Source of the DNA: Dimorphilus gyrociliatus
Lineage: Eukaryota; Animalia; Annelida
Length of the DNA: 64,000 nt
Assembly (NCBI GenBank): GCA_904063045.1
Contig: CAJFCJ010000001.1
Span: 310,001 to 374,000 of the forward strand
Direction of reading: 5' to 3'
The position numbers and the translations under genes were made by a program. The notes under the pieces are model-generated. The model did not search any database. It saw only the letters and a list, made by a program, of their open reading frames with translations, and had not been told where the DNA came from. Position 1 is the first letter of the stretch. Every line of letters begins with the position of its first letter. Shown in pieces: positions 51,002 through 63,200 of the stretch.

Positions 51002-54000
51002 ATGGAACAAGATTGCGAGCCTACCGACAGCCCAGAAGAAATAGCGGGAAACGAGTATGAACAAAACGATGATATAAATGAGGAGAAGGAAGAAGCAGAT
51101 TTTGAGTCAACAGAAGAAAGAAATGACGATATTGTCCAAACGGAAACCGATAAACGCGGGAAAAATACTAAAGAAGAAAATGAAAACAATTTATCATCGA
51201 TACAGGAAAAATACGGTAATCTGAGACATAATTTAGAAGAGGCTGTGTCTACGCTTCGGAACAAAATGGGCATCTTACAAATTGAACACTTCAAAGACTT
51301 ACCGGCTGATTTCACCCTAATCGACGATGTAAAACGCCTGGAAAATTTGTGTTCCGATTTTGTATGTTCCATTTCGGATATTTTTCCTCTGCTTAAGGAT
51401 TCAAGGGAATGTTTGATGAACATCAACAAAACGATCAATGACAAAATTACCAACGAAGGACTATACTCTTGGTTACGTAATGACTATACAAAAACAAGCG
51501 GTATAATTAAAATTAATTATAGTTATTAATTAAAGTTCCTCCCCTGTATTTCTCTTCCCTTTCTTTAAAACCCGTAAGATGGCGCATAACTGTCAAAAAG
51601 AAGAAAGGACAAGTGAAAGGAGTGTCCAATCTTTTATGCTTAAAATGACTTTACATTACAGATTTAGAAGAGATTGCACAAGAAAAGAAAGAACTATCCG
51701 AAGCTGCTCAAGCTAGATTACAACTTGCAGAGGACAATGCACAATTAGCAGCTGCTGGTGCAACCGTATCCAAATTTCAAACAGAGTTAACCGAGGCTGA
51801 AGAAGCCGCTCAGGAAGCTATCAAAGAAGCAGAAAAAGCTGCCGAGCAAGCTGAACAAGCACGGATAGCTGCTGAAGAAAAGAGAAAGGCGGAAGAAGAG
51901 GCAAGAAAGAAAGCTGAAGAGGAGCAAAGGAAGAAAGAATTAGAAGAAGCCGAGAAAAAGCGAAAAGAAGAGGAAATGAAAAGGAAAAGAGAAGAGCAAA
52001 CGGAGAATCTATCACCTGAAGAAGAGGCGAGAAGAAATCCCGCTAATTGGCCTATGTTTATGTGCGTAAAACTAACAGAAAGAGATATTAAAGATTATAA
52101 CTAACCTTATATTATAATTGTATTACTAACAACCGATTAAGGATAAGCGTTTATCGATCATTCCCTTTTTTTTCACAGATATTCTATTGATCCAGGCGAT
52201 CTAGATATACCGATCGGTTGTGTCTTCCGGGCCATGCAAGATTCACTTTCAAGGGAAGATATTGAAATTGAAAAACTTAATCAAAAAGATGACACCCTAA
52301 AATTAAATGAAAATGAAGAACTTGTGGGCCACATTATACAACTCAGGTTTACTAAAGACGATGTCCCACCTCCAGAAGAACCATATGCAATAGCTTTGGC
52401 TCACGTTGCGCCAAAAAACCCAACAAGGGAAGTTGTTATAAAGTCATTAGACGAAACGACTAATAAATGGGTCGAGCTACCAACTAATGACGTTCAATTT
52501 GAAGATATTAAAGAATACAGATTTGTCGAGGCAAGATTGAAAAATTTGACGAATTTAGTTGTTGTGACGAAGTTGAAAAGAGAACGTTTCATAACGACTA
52601 AAAAGGGGGGGAAATTATATTCGACTGTCGATCCCAGAATCAGTTTGTCAATTGGCGCCGGTTTGTTTAAAGTCAATACAAATATCGAACTGGAGGTTAG
52701 TAGAATTCCATTAATGCGGTGACGATCTAACGTTTATTGAACGGTCTATTGACACAATTTTTTTCGCTTTCTTTCGGTTTAATATTATTTTATACTTAAT
52801 CATTAATGACTTACAGGTACAACCAGTTGATTTAGGCCTAATCAGCGAACTTCGATTCAAATATGAAAGTTGCTCTAACCTTTTGGCCAGTAGTCCAATA
52901 GTTAACTTCTCTCTGTTAAGTAAAAAATTGTCTAAGCCGATATTGGTTGGCGTACCTGTTCACCCAAATCATTCAAAGCCAAAAAGACCACAAACCGCTG
53001 TTACCAATGAAAAAGAGAGAAATACCAAAGCTAGACCCTCCTCTGCAGCTGTTTTACTTTCTACCGAAGAAGAAAATGAAGATCTCTTACATTTATTATC
53101 GTTTTCAAATGGTTGTTGGCAAAGCGAACATGTTGCGTTGAGTCAACCGAAAAATAAAGACATTGTAACCTTTGAGATTAAAGAGACAGTTTTTAAATTT
53201 CTCATACTAAGAACAAAACGAGGTCACACTGACGTGGAACGCATAGCACATACTTTGGAAAAGACATTGGGTCAAAAATCAGCCCAATTAATTATCAGAC
53301 AGAGTAATGAAAACCTAAATGAATTAATTGTGCAATGCATAAACAGCGTGAGCTCAAAGAGAATATTAAACAAGTTGATCGACGAAGGGTATGAGACAGG
53401 TCCCGACCCCAGTAATGATTTAATAATGAAAGAAGGAGATGTAATACGTTTAGGTTTCAGAGGTAACATAGAACCAGAAGAAAGTTTCGACAACTATCTG
53501 GTTTACAATAGTCAAATAAGGGCTAAGTTAAATTTTCTTGTTACCGAAATCGACAAATTTGCTCAAAAGAGTATCGACTGCTATAGAGGTTTTGTCCAAT
53601 TTTACAGTAAAAAATTGGTGAAAAAAGCATTAAACCAGGAATCAAAAGATTCTAGTGGAAGGCCAAAGAATATTGTCAAATACGAAGAAGTTGAAGAAGA
53701 GGTTTTATTGGCTGAGTTGCTTGTTAAACTACCTAAGCCAGATCCTGGACCGCCAAAACCCTTGAATAAAGCCCCTGTTGGTTTGAAAGCGGAAGGACAT
53801 GGTTAGGGTTCCTTACTTTCTACCATTTACATGTATTTTTTTAAATTACCTACCTATTCAACAGATGTCATTGATCTCGAATATTTGAAGCATCTGTCAG
53901 AAGAATTAGGCGAAGAGTGGAAGAAATTAGCAAGTTACCTAAATGTTAAAAAAGTAAGAATTCAAGCCATAATGCGTAACAATATAAACTCGGAGTCAGA

Positions 54001-54512
54001 AAATGCTGTTTATGATATGCTCGTGACCTGGGCCAAAAAAGTACCTCGTTCAGTCAACAAAGTAGACGTTCTTTGTACGTCTTTATTAAGAATTGGTCGA
54101 GCTGATCTAGTTGAAGAACTCAAAGATCGAGATAGCGATTTTAGAATAGAGAGAGCTAAAAGTGCTCGCACTTCTATTCGGCACAAAGCTTTCCTGAAGG
54201 TCGCCAAAAATGGTGAAGTGGCCAAATCTTGGAAGAAATTGGCAAAGCATTTGGGCCTATCAGACAGTGAGATATCGAATATCGATACCTCATCGGAAGG
54301 TAACAGGGAAAAGTGTTTGCAAGCCCTAAATGCTTGGCATGAAAAAAAGGGAAGTGAAGAGGCGACTATCTCCTACTTAGCTAACCAATTAAAGAGATGT
54401 AGATTTCGTCTAGTTGCAGGTAAAAAAAATTAATAAACTCTACCATATTAAGTCATATAGCTAATTCTACTCAATCTTTACTCTTACAGACGAAATTCAA
54501 GCGATAAAGTAA
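51002..54512 (+). CDS. DTHD1: Death domain-containing protein 1 (DTHD1)-like: acidic N-terminus, E/K/R helix, ZU5/UPA-like region, two death domains (exons 51002-51500, 51662-52061, 52179-52695, 52817-53801, 53865-54419, 54490-54512)
   Basis: ZU5-like ELVGHIIQL..REVVIK..WVELPT, LYSTVDPRISL..G.F and ASSPIV. Two death-fold segments LSEELGEEWKKLASYL..MLVTW and VAKSWKKLAKHLGL..LNAW. In-frame junctions. Confidence 0.75.
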
Positions 54513-55124
54513 TCGTAAAAACGTGCGAAAGATCACGTTCGATCACTGAACATTTGCGTTTGGTCAAAAATTCGATATAAGCCTTTCTGCTAAAAATCCT
54601 AGAATAAACTTAGTCTTAATATGTAGTGTACTATATACAGATATTTAAAATGTGTTTTCTCATTTTCGTATTTAAACATTTCTTTATATTTAAACATTTT
54701 CTTTCAAAAAATATATCCGATAGATGACGCTCATAAAAACATTTATCGTTTGGTGAACACGTCTGGCTGGCATTTTACCTTCGCTGGCAAGTCAATTGCA
54801 GCGTCTAACGAGTAAACAAATATAAAAAAAAGTCGCGCGAAAACGTTCGCTAATTACTCTTTTCAATTTAATAAAAACAAAACAAAGAGTTAATTAAGCA
54901 TTGGTAAGAGTGTGTTTGGAGTATAAACGTACATATATACAACACACTTATACATACAAAAATATCCCGCCTCAACAGACAGTATATATACAGTACACAT
55001 GCAGTCTTACGTAAGAAACGGTCCCTCGGTCTTATTGCATACTACCTGCCGCACCTGGTCTTACGTCACCAATTTACAGGTAGGGGTATTTTCTTTTCTT
55101 CTCTATGCATAAAAGTCTGTAATA

Positions 55125-56560
55125 CTACCAAGGCCTCCAGCAGGATGGTTGAACACTGGCCGATTGCCTTCTTAGTGCCTGGGGGGAGGATTCATTTGGG
55201 ATTTCCGGAAGTGAGGCAGGTCTGGATCTTCGTCTCTTTGTGACTGTGGGCCTTTTGGGTATAACTTCGGATTCCGAGGTACGATTTGCTGGTTGTATAG
55301 GGACGAAGTAAGGTGCTGGTCGGGGAGACTCAACGGGCGGGGTGATAACGCCCGAATAGCAGGGGGTGAGCCGTTCCGTCTGGCGAAGGCAGTTGGCCAG
55401 ATGGGCCATTAGCTGCGCGTGCGATTCGGACGTCAAACCCTTTATGGATGTGAGGCAGTGGTTGACCTCTTGTAGGCATTCAGCAAATCCTGCCCTATAT
55501 TTACTAACTGCATCGCCGTCCCTCCAACTTGTTGCTGATGTCGGCGTTCCGGTTAAATTTCTTTGAGTATGAACGCTCCTTAAATACTTGACTGTCATTT
55601 CTAAGATATCGGCCTTTTCCAATTTCGAATACTGAGAGGGCTAAAATGGGGAAAAAAGAAATCTTTGAAACAGAGCCGTTTGTAATTGATTCCCGCCAGA
55701 AACGTGATACCGGTCGGACTCTCCCTTTAATAGTCATTAAGCGTCGGAACGCTTAAGGCGTCACTTTCCGATAGCCCTCACAGCTACGTAACGCGTGGGC
55801 ACCGATAAAGGGCGTTAAGGGTATGGAGAGTTAAGAAAGTTTATCGCTATCGGAATGTTGGCTGACCACGACACCTGCTCATTTCATGTGCCAGGAATGT
55901 GGGACGCCATGTGCCAGGAAACTATAGGCGCCCCGCGTTTGATCCTATTTGAAGCAGGTGCGTTCGCCACTTTCCCCTGGACGATCCTGACTATCATTAT
56001 ACTCTCACTCAATCCGGATGGTGCTAGGAATGCGTGCTATTCCATAGCATGTGTTCTAACTTAAAAAAAGCAATGTAATGATTTAACTTACATCTTTTTG
56101 CAATGATTCCAGCACTATCATCTTTAACTGTTCTAAGGACGAGTTGATCCTCTCCCGTCTTTTCTTTTCGATAAGCGGCTTGTGTATCTATTAAAGAAGG
56201 AAAATCGTTACAGTCAACAACAAGCCGAAATGTTATGTACATAAGTCCAAGTTACGTAATCAGTAGTATGCATTAGATTGTCAAGGGTTAGAAAAGGGTA
56301 GACTAAAACAAGGGCCATAAAATGTCCTTTGTAATAAGTACATTCATTAAATATTTTACAAATTACCATCCTGAACAGAATAAGGCAGGTGATGGATAGA
56401 ACTTTCTATATGGTTTTCAAAGATAAAAAGTTCTCAGCAACAAAGTATATCCAAATATGATGAAGCAAAAGTTTCAAAAGTTTACAAAACAAATCAAAAA
56501 CCCTTCCAAACAACTCAAACTTAATCTAAAACATACCTTTCTTAATTCAGCGGACGTCAT
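55125..56560 (-). CDS. Hes: Hairy/Enhancer-of-split (Hes) bHLH-Orange repressor (exons 56560-56537, 56187-56092, 55640-55125)
   Basis: MTSAELRK|IHKPLIEKKRRERINSSLEQLK..|PSQYSKLEKADILEMTVKYL, Orange YRAGFAECLQEV and terminal WRPW. Two phase-0 introns in the bHLH region, as in typical Hes genes. Confidence 0.95.
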
Positions 56561-56587
56561 GCTCGTTTCTGGAACGTCGAATTAAAC

Positions 56588-56705
56588 AATCTGACGCTTG
56601 TCACGCGCCTGGACCCCTATTTATAGCTCCGAGAGACACCTGCCGGCAATTATTCGTACACGTGCCGTCTCCGATTGGTCAGGGACGGGGCGTTGCCCTG
56701 GTAAC
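56588..56705 (-). promoter_or_regulatory. Hes core promoter: Inr, TATA, class C and class B sites, proneural E-box, X-box
   Basis: TCAGATT (56594-56588), TATAAATA (56625-56618), CACGCG (56602-56607), GCAGGTG (56643-56637), CACGTG (56660-56665) and GTTGCCCTGGTAAC (56692-56705). Confidence 0.6.
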
Positions 56706-59384
56706 TCTGCTGGAAACGACGATTCGAACACGACATCGTTCCGGATGACGTCATATTACAACCCTACCGCGTTCTCCCGCCTACGCCCATCCTTCAAGCC
56801 CTTAGGCTTGTGACTGGAGGGGGTGGAAATGAGTCGAAGTCGCGCTAAAAAAGCAGATTTTATGAATTTATGTTTAGAAAAATAGGTGAGGAATTCCTCA
56901 ACATCGGACCTAAGCCCAGGAGGAAGGTTCAGAACGTTGCCTATAAACAATTATAGTGGAAAGTGCATGGGAAAAGTCAACAAATGCACCGGCCGTTATC
57001 TGTTAAGACACACGACACGTACACACACGCCCCGATAAGACGATAGCGAACCAAACTGGGCAACATAGGCCTACAAAGCGTCGGCGTGTGAAACGTAGGG
57101 AGCACGTTTTTGAAATAAAAGTTAGGAATGATCGAAGCTTGGTTTAAAATAACATAGAAAAGAAATGCAAGATAGACTAGATGGAGGTTTGTGGGTGGTG
57201 TGTTTTTCGGATAGCGTGAGAAATTGGGTAGAGAGGAGCAGAGGGAGACTAGGGAGAGTCGGTGTTCGTTGGAAGAAAGGGAGAAAGTCGGGACACATTA
57301 CCTTCGCCGCGTGCATCCCTAGCACCAAGTCCCGGCTTACAAAGACGAAAAGAACGCCGCACGCCCTGCCCTTTTCTTATTCTTTACGTCTTCTTCGCGA
57401 ACGAAATGAACTCATTTCAATCGCCAGCTGTGCGATTTAAATGACCGCTGTTTCCCTCCCGTCGACCCTTTCCCGATCGCTAATTTTGACAGTTTGTTTA
57501 GCAATTTCGCAGGCCTATTGGGAGGGGAGTGAACTACGAAGCAGTTTAATTTGCTTTATTACACACATGGAAAGAAAATAGAAAAGAACAACATAATTCT
57601 TCACAAAACAAAGAAGTGTTTCAGAAAGGTAGCAACGACGAGAAAGGAAAAATTTTCATCTATTCGGTATGAAGAGAATAGACAGAGGGAGAGTTATGTT
57701 GGAATGTTGGAAACGATATGTAAATTTGCGAGCAGGTGGCGGAAAAAGACGCGTGTGGGACATAAGGAAGAGGACGGACGTCGCTTAATCGGTCCGGCTG
57801 GTTGTCTCAATTACACGCTGCTGTAAAAGTCCCCTTAAGAGGAAAAAGATAGACATGACCGAAAAGGCGGGAAAAAAATTGCTTGTTTTTCTTCACGGTC
57901 TTAATAAAATAATCCTTGTTCATTTTCCTACATTTCGTTCCAATGAAAGAGAAAGTCGAGGTTGGACGACTGGAATTAATTGAAAACGTGTTTCCGGTTT
58001 GGTGCGATAAACGCCGGGTCGTCTCATTAGTGATTAACCTTTCGTTTTTCCTTTCGACTTGCGGGGTGACGTTTTCAAATGACCGACGCCATCTATCGCA
58101 TGTCACTAATAGACCGTAGCTAATTTATCAATAATGTTGTAATTCAGGCGATAAGCCCATTTATTATACTCCCTTAAGTCCTGTCATAGAACTTGAAAAT
58201 GGCCAGTAGGCCCAATAAAATTTAGCGCTTGATTTCTTCAATTCCCAATACAATGGGACGAATTCTGGTTATGTAACCGTGGGAAAACAATTTACTGCGC
58301 TCTTTTCTCAAGTCGGTCGATTGTATTATGACGCATTGTTTTTTATACATTTTCAACTGAATTTGGAAACTTAAACGAATTCCAAAAGTAAAGAGGTTAT
58401 AAGATGGCCTCAAAAAGGATTGTAGATCTCTCCTATTTCTTCTAAAATCAGCAGGGGTTCTGGATAGCCGAGGTTAATCGATTTTGGTATTAACCTTGAG
58501 CTTTAGCCACCCCGTCGACATGTTAAACTGACTGAGTAAATGGATCTTTTCGATAATACTAAATCGGTTTTGTAATTAGCAAACAATTGCTAAAAAAAGC
58601 GAATTGTTGTAGTAAATTTCTAAGAAATTTTAGATATTTTTAAATTGAAAAGGTTTTAAAAAAACAACAATTTTCCCTTGAACCACAGAACTAAAGCTTG
58701 ATAAAATCCAATCAGCCTGATTACGTAATTGTTTAACCAAACACTAAAATTGTAGATTTAGACGGATAAGTTTGATTTGAACGATTTGTCACAACAATTC
58801 AGTGAAAATGACTAATGACTAGAGAAGATGAGGGAAGGTACGAAAGCATAAGGTGTGGTGAGAAAGATTGAGAGGCAAGAGTGATATTTTCATTGAAAAA
58901 GAGACACAACTCTCTAATTGGTATTAATCAATTGTGATAACAATGAAGAGAAGGAATACCTATAATTCCTTAACATGCATATTATATATTTTTTCAGGGT
59001 ATGAACTAAAGGTAAAAGGAACTTGCAAATTGACACGGTCAATTATAAAGTATGATGAATTCGATATGACCTTAATCAACCATGAATAATTAATGAGCGT
59101 ATTTATACATCTCACATCCAATGTATATTTAAGATATATGTATAGGATTATATTAATCATTTGTCTATAGATTATCATTAATATTTCGTATACAACTCTT
59201 TTTTTTCTTTATTATATGTAAGTTTTTATTATAATCCAAGGCAAATATATGTCAAACATTTGGAGTTTGTAAACTTTCTATATAAAGCCTGACATTGCTC
59301 TCTTTTCACATTAAACCTTGCTTTATTTATAACATTTTATTTCTATTTTATGTTTAGTCTGTCGGTGAGAAGTTAGTTTTTTCT

Positions 59385-59445
59385 ATATATATATATATAT
59401 ATATACAGTATATATATACAATATATATATATATAAATATATACT
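59385..59445. repeat. (TA)n microsatellite
   Basis: Direct reading. Confidence 0.85.
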
Positions 59446-60149
59446 TCTTTTACCTTAGTTAAGTGCTAATGTACAACGCTTTTTTTTGCCCCCATTTCTA
59501 ATTAATTGTGGTGTTTTTAGTCAATCAATATTGTTTTAATAATACTCTAAAACGATTTTGAAATACAAAAGTATGATGGAAAACTATTGTATTAGAACGA
59601 CTTTATCCTCTTTTATGTATATTTTTTTCTCTTTTTTTTTCAAGTTTACGCTCTTTCATTAATCCATTCCAGCACTTAATGAATTATAAGTGATTAAAGC
59701 GGCTCCTTTTTAGTCGATTTTCCCCCTACTAGAGTGTTTTTGGGGCTTCTTGTAATTTTAGGCCTAAAAAACAATTTAATGAAGTACTCTAAAATCATTG
59801 GCAGAGCGAGTAATAGAAGTTAAAAAAATATAGGAAGGCATTACTATCTCTTTCTTGTTTATTTCAATTATTCAACTGAGAGTAACTTTAAATTCTTAGG
59901 TAAATATAACTATTCAATCAATTATCATATGTTTATTCGTAAGTTTATGTTTGGACAAGTTATAATGGTAGAATTGACTTGAATTTTGAACTTGTGTCGC
60001 CATCTGTCGTTTAACTTTTCGAGCATTTTTAATACTAAATATCTTATTTTAACAACGTGGTCATATGGTAAGTTATTGTTTTAACACTGATAACCTTTAT
60101 CGCATTAGCTAATACAGTTTTACTTCTTTTTCTTTTTGAAGGCAAATCA

Positions 60150-60253
60150 GAGTTTGTTTACAACGTGTCCAGGCAAAGAAACCGTTTAACCAATCAAGTG
60201 GTGTTGTATGAGATCACTTCATATACGCATGCGCTAGCAGACGTTCCATCAAA
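60150..60253 (+). promoter_or_regulatory. TATA-less promoter of the CEP72-like gene
   Basis: TGTTTAC forkhead word near 60155, CCAAT near 60190 and an NRF1-like ACGCATGCGC near 60225, just before AAAATGGCG. Confidence 0.35.
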
Positions 60254-63200
60254 ATGGCGCTGGAGATTGACGAGGAATGGATTCGCGAAAAAGTTCAATT
60301 GGAGCACAAAAATTTGGGTATAATTTCTATATTTTTATTGTAAATGATTCATTTTTCAATATGTTGCTTATTTTTTAACGAGGGATCTTTGTTCATGAAA
60401 TATTTTGATAAAAAAAGCACCTTTGTATTTTTTCACCCGGCTTATCTTTTCAAATAGGGATTTAGCGGATTATCTATTTTTCGTTAGTTAAGATTAGCTT
60501 TTGCAAATCTGTTTTTTTCGAGATCCTATGCTAAATGTATACATTTCCGATCTTTAGCGTTGCTATTGTCATATCGAATGTTAAATGAAGAGTAATTTCC
60601 TGTACGTTCAATTAGTAATTCCCGCTTAATGCAGAATTTTCAAAAAACACCATAAAATATGTACAGATAAAGACTCTATCGAAAGTCTGTTAAGTATAAA
60701 TCGTATCAAACTTATCTACACTTAAAATATATCTAGTTACGATTATAAATCATATTCTTTTATCAACGAGACGGAAGCACCTCAAGTATTTCATTCGATT
60801 TTCGGCACATTTTTCTGTTTTTTTAACTAACTTTTGTTCATTTATCTAATAAAAAAAGTATTTACGATTGTTTATAATAAGTTAGAAGTCGACAGAAATC
60901 TGTAAACGACTTAATAATATTTGCTGTACTCAAACAGAGAGCTCTCGTAAAAACCGTCTTAAATATGCTCTATTCGTAATTGATCCGATACTTTGTATTG
61001 TTGAAATTCCTTTTTTGTTTTGCCGACTGCTTTCTCAATGGACGCTTTTGTTTTATGGAAAATGAAGAAGAATTTTTTTTATGCCTATGGTCTTGCGTAT
61101 AGATATTCAATAAAGTCGATAATTTGTGCGACCCGTATTAAATTGAATGTATGAACAAGTGGTCCGTTTGACGGGCTATTTACTTTCCAGATTTATTTAG
61201 GATTTTATTACAAGTTTTTTTTTTAAAGATTAGTGTAGGTGTCGCCGGTTTGTTTTAAGTTGGTTGTCTTACGTTAATCCCTTTATAATACTCTCAACCT
61301 AAAAAACAAATCTTCCATTTTACCCCACTCTTTCTACTTTCAGACGATGTCAGATCGTTATGCTTACCCGGTTCTGTGGAGGAGAAGATAACTCAATTGG
61401 GCAACTCATTAAAGAGATTTGCGAGGTTAAAGTGCCTTGATTTAAGTAGGAACGACTTGGAAAATTTGGATGTACGAAAATTCTTTTTATTTCTTTTTTA
61501 TTTCCCTCAACCGCAAATCTATGTAATTAAACTATTTTTATTGGACTGCAGGGACTCCAGCACTTGAAAATGTTGGAGAAATTAAATTTGTACTACAACA
61601 GTATAAGTAGCCTTCAAGAACTGTTCAAACTCAGATTCAACCAACGCCTGCAAGAACTAGATTTACGATTAAATCCTGTAGCGGGAAGCGATGCAAATTA
61701 TCGCCTTTTTCTTATTCATATGCTGCCTAGGTTAAGGAAACTAGGTAAAGGCTTAACATTATTCAAAAATATAGACACTTTTATCAATAGCAATAAAGAA
61801 TGCGGATTTTCTAGCCCCACCCCGTATTATGTTACATTGATATTGATCTAAAAGCTTGATTCTTTCATAGACGACCGACCAGTGCGTGATAATGAACGGC
61901 GTGCGGCCTTAATGCAATTTAGCACTGAGGTAGCAACTGAGTTGTCACCTAAATATCTTGAAGATGAAGTGGCTGCAACCCAAACGATAAATAAACCATT
62001 AAGCCGATCTAATTTGGTACAATCAGTTGGAAGAGGGCCTGCTCAAGATCTTGAAGCTTTAATCGGAGAGGTTGAAAGGACTAATGGTGACCTTACGAAA
62101 CCTCGACCCATTACCGGCTCGAATGAAAACTATCCGTCCTACGAGGATTATGCTCCGTCGGGTAGGATTCCACTGTTAAACATTAAGTTGAATAAAAATA
62201 TTTATTTTGATCTTGTGGATTTTTTACTAGCGGTTCGACAAATGGACAGACAAAGAGTAAATAATTACGAAGATTACCGAACAACTCATGTATGTGTTTG
62301 AACGTTCTAGCTATTTGTTTTTAAGCCTTAGTGTAAACCAGATTCGCTTTTGTTCTATGTCTACTTTGTTATTTAACTATAATATTGTTAAGACGTGTAA
62401 TCCATTTTTCTTCTTTCTAGGAGGACAAAGAATCCGATGAATATTTGGAGACTATCGAATCGAAATATCCTCATCTTGCCTCTCTTGCCAATTCACTTCA
62501 GCAGACAACCAAAGACAAAAGAAATAGAAAATTAACAGAAGAGAATATTGAAATTCATAATAGAGAAACAATAGCTCCGCATGGATTTTTCACACCCGCC
62601 CCTACAAATAATGATAGGAATCAACCTGCTGTACCCCACATACACACGACGAATCTTAAACGAGACACAAGGGAGGATATTACTATTCCGTCCACAATAC
62701 CATACGATTGCTCAATGGATAGATTGAAAAGATTAGGCGAGAACGCGCCTAGTTTTGAACAAAATTTAACCGTCGATCAAGGAGAAGCTGTCAGAGTTAT
62801 CTGCTCAATTGCTGATAAGTATTGGAATGGTGTTAATTCTTTAGAGAAAAATCCAAAGGCTTTAAAAGCTTTAACTTCGTTATTACAACAAATTTCAATG
62901 ACCGCACCAGATCGTTCAGTCGTTGGCTCTGAAGTAGAAGACGAAAGTAAAATGAAAAGTGCGTTAGTACGATCTCAAAGAGACGTCGTAAGTAATTCTT
63001 TATTCATTTTGTTTAAAGTTCAGTGACTAATGCATTATTAGTGTAATGCGGTAGGTGGCGCTATTGTAGAATTTCGACGGAAGAAAGTTATATAGTTTTC
63101 AACACATTGATTTATAGTTTTTGTCCATCTGTAGAAAATTCTACGTGAACGACTGCAACAATCGATTCTTGATAGCAAAGGTTTACATGAACAGATTGTG

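Noticed and set aside
56960-57230. Su(H) paired site (SPS) in the Hes promoter
   Set aside because: The CSL words are all in one orientation and none has an inverted partner 15-17 bp away.
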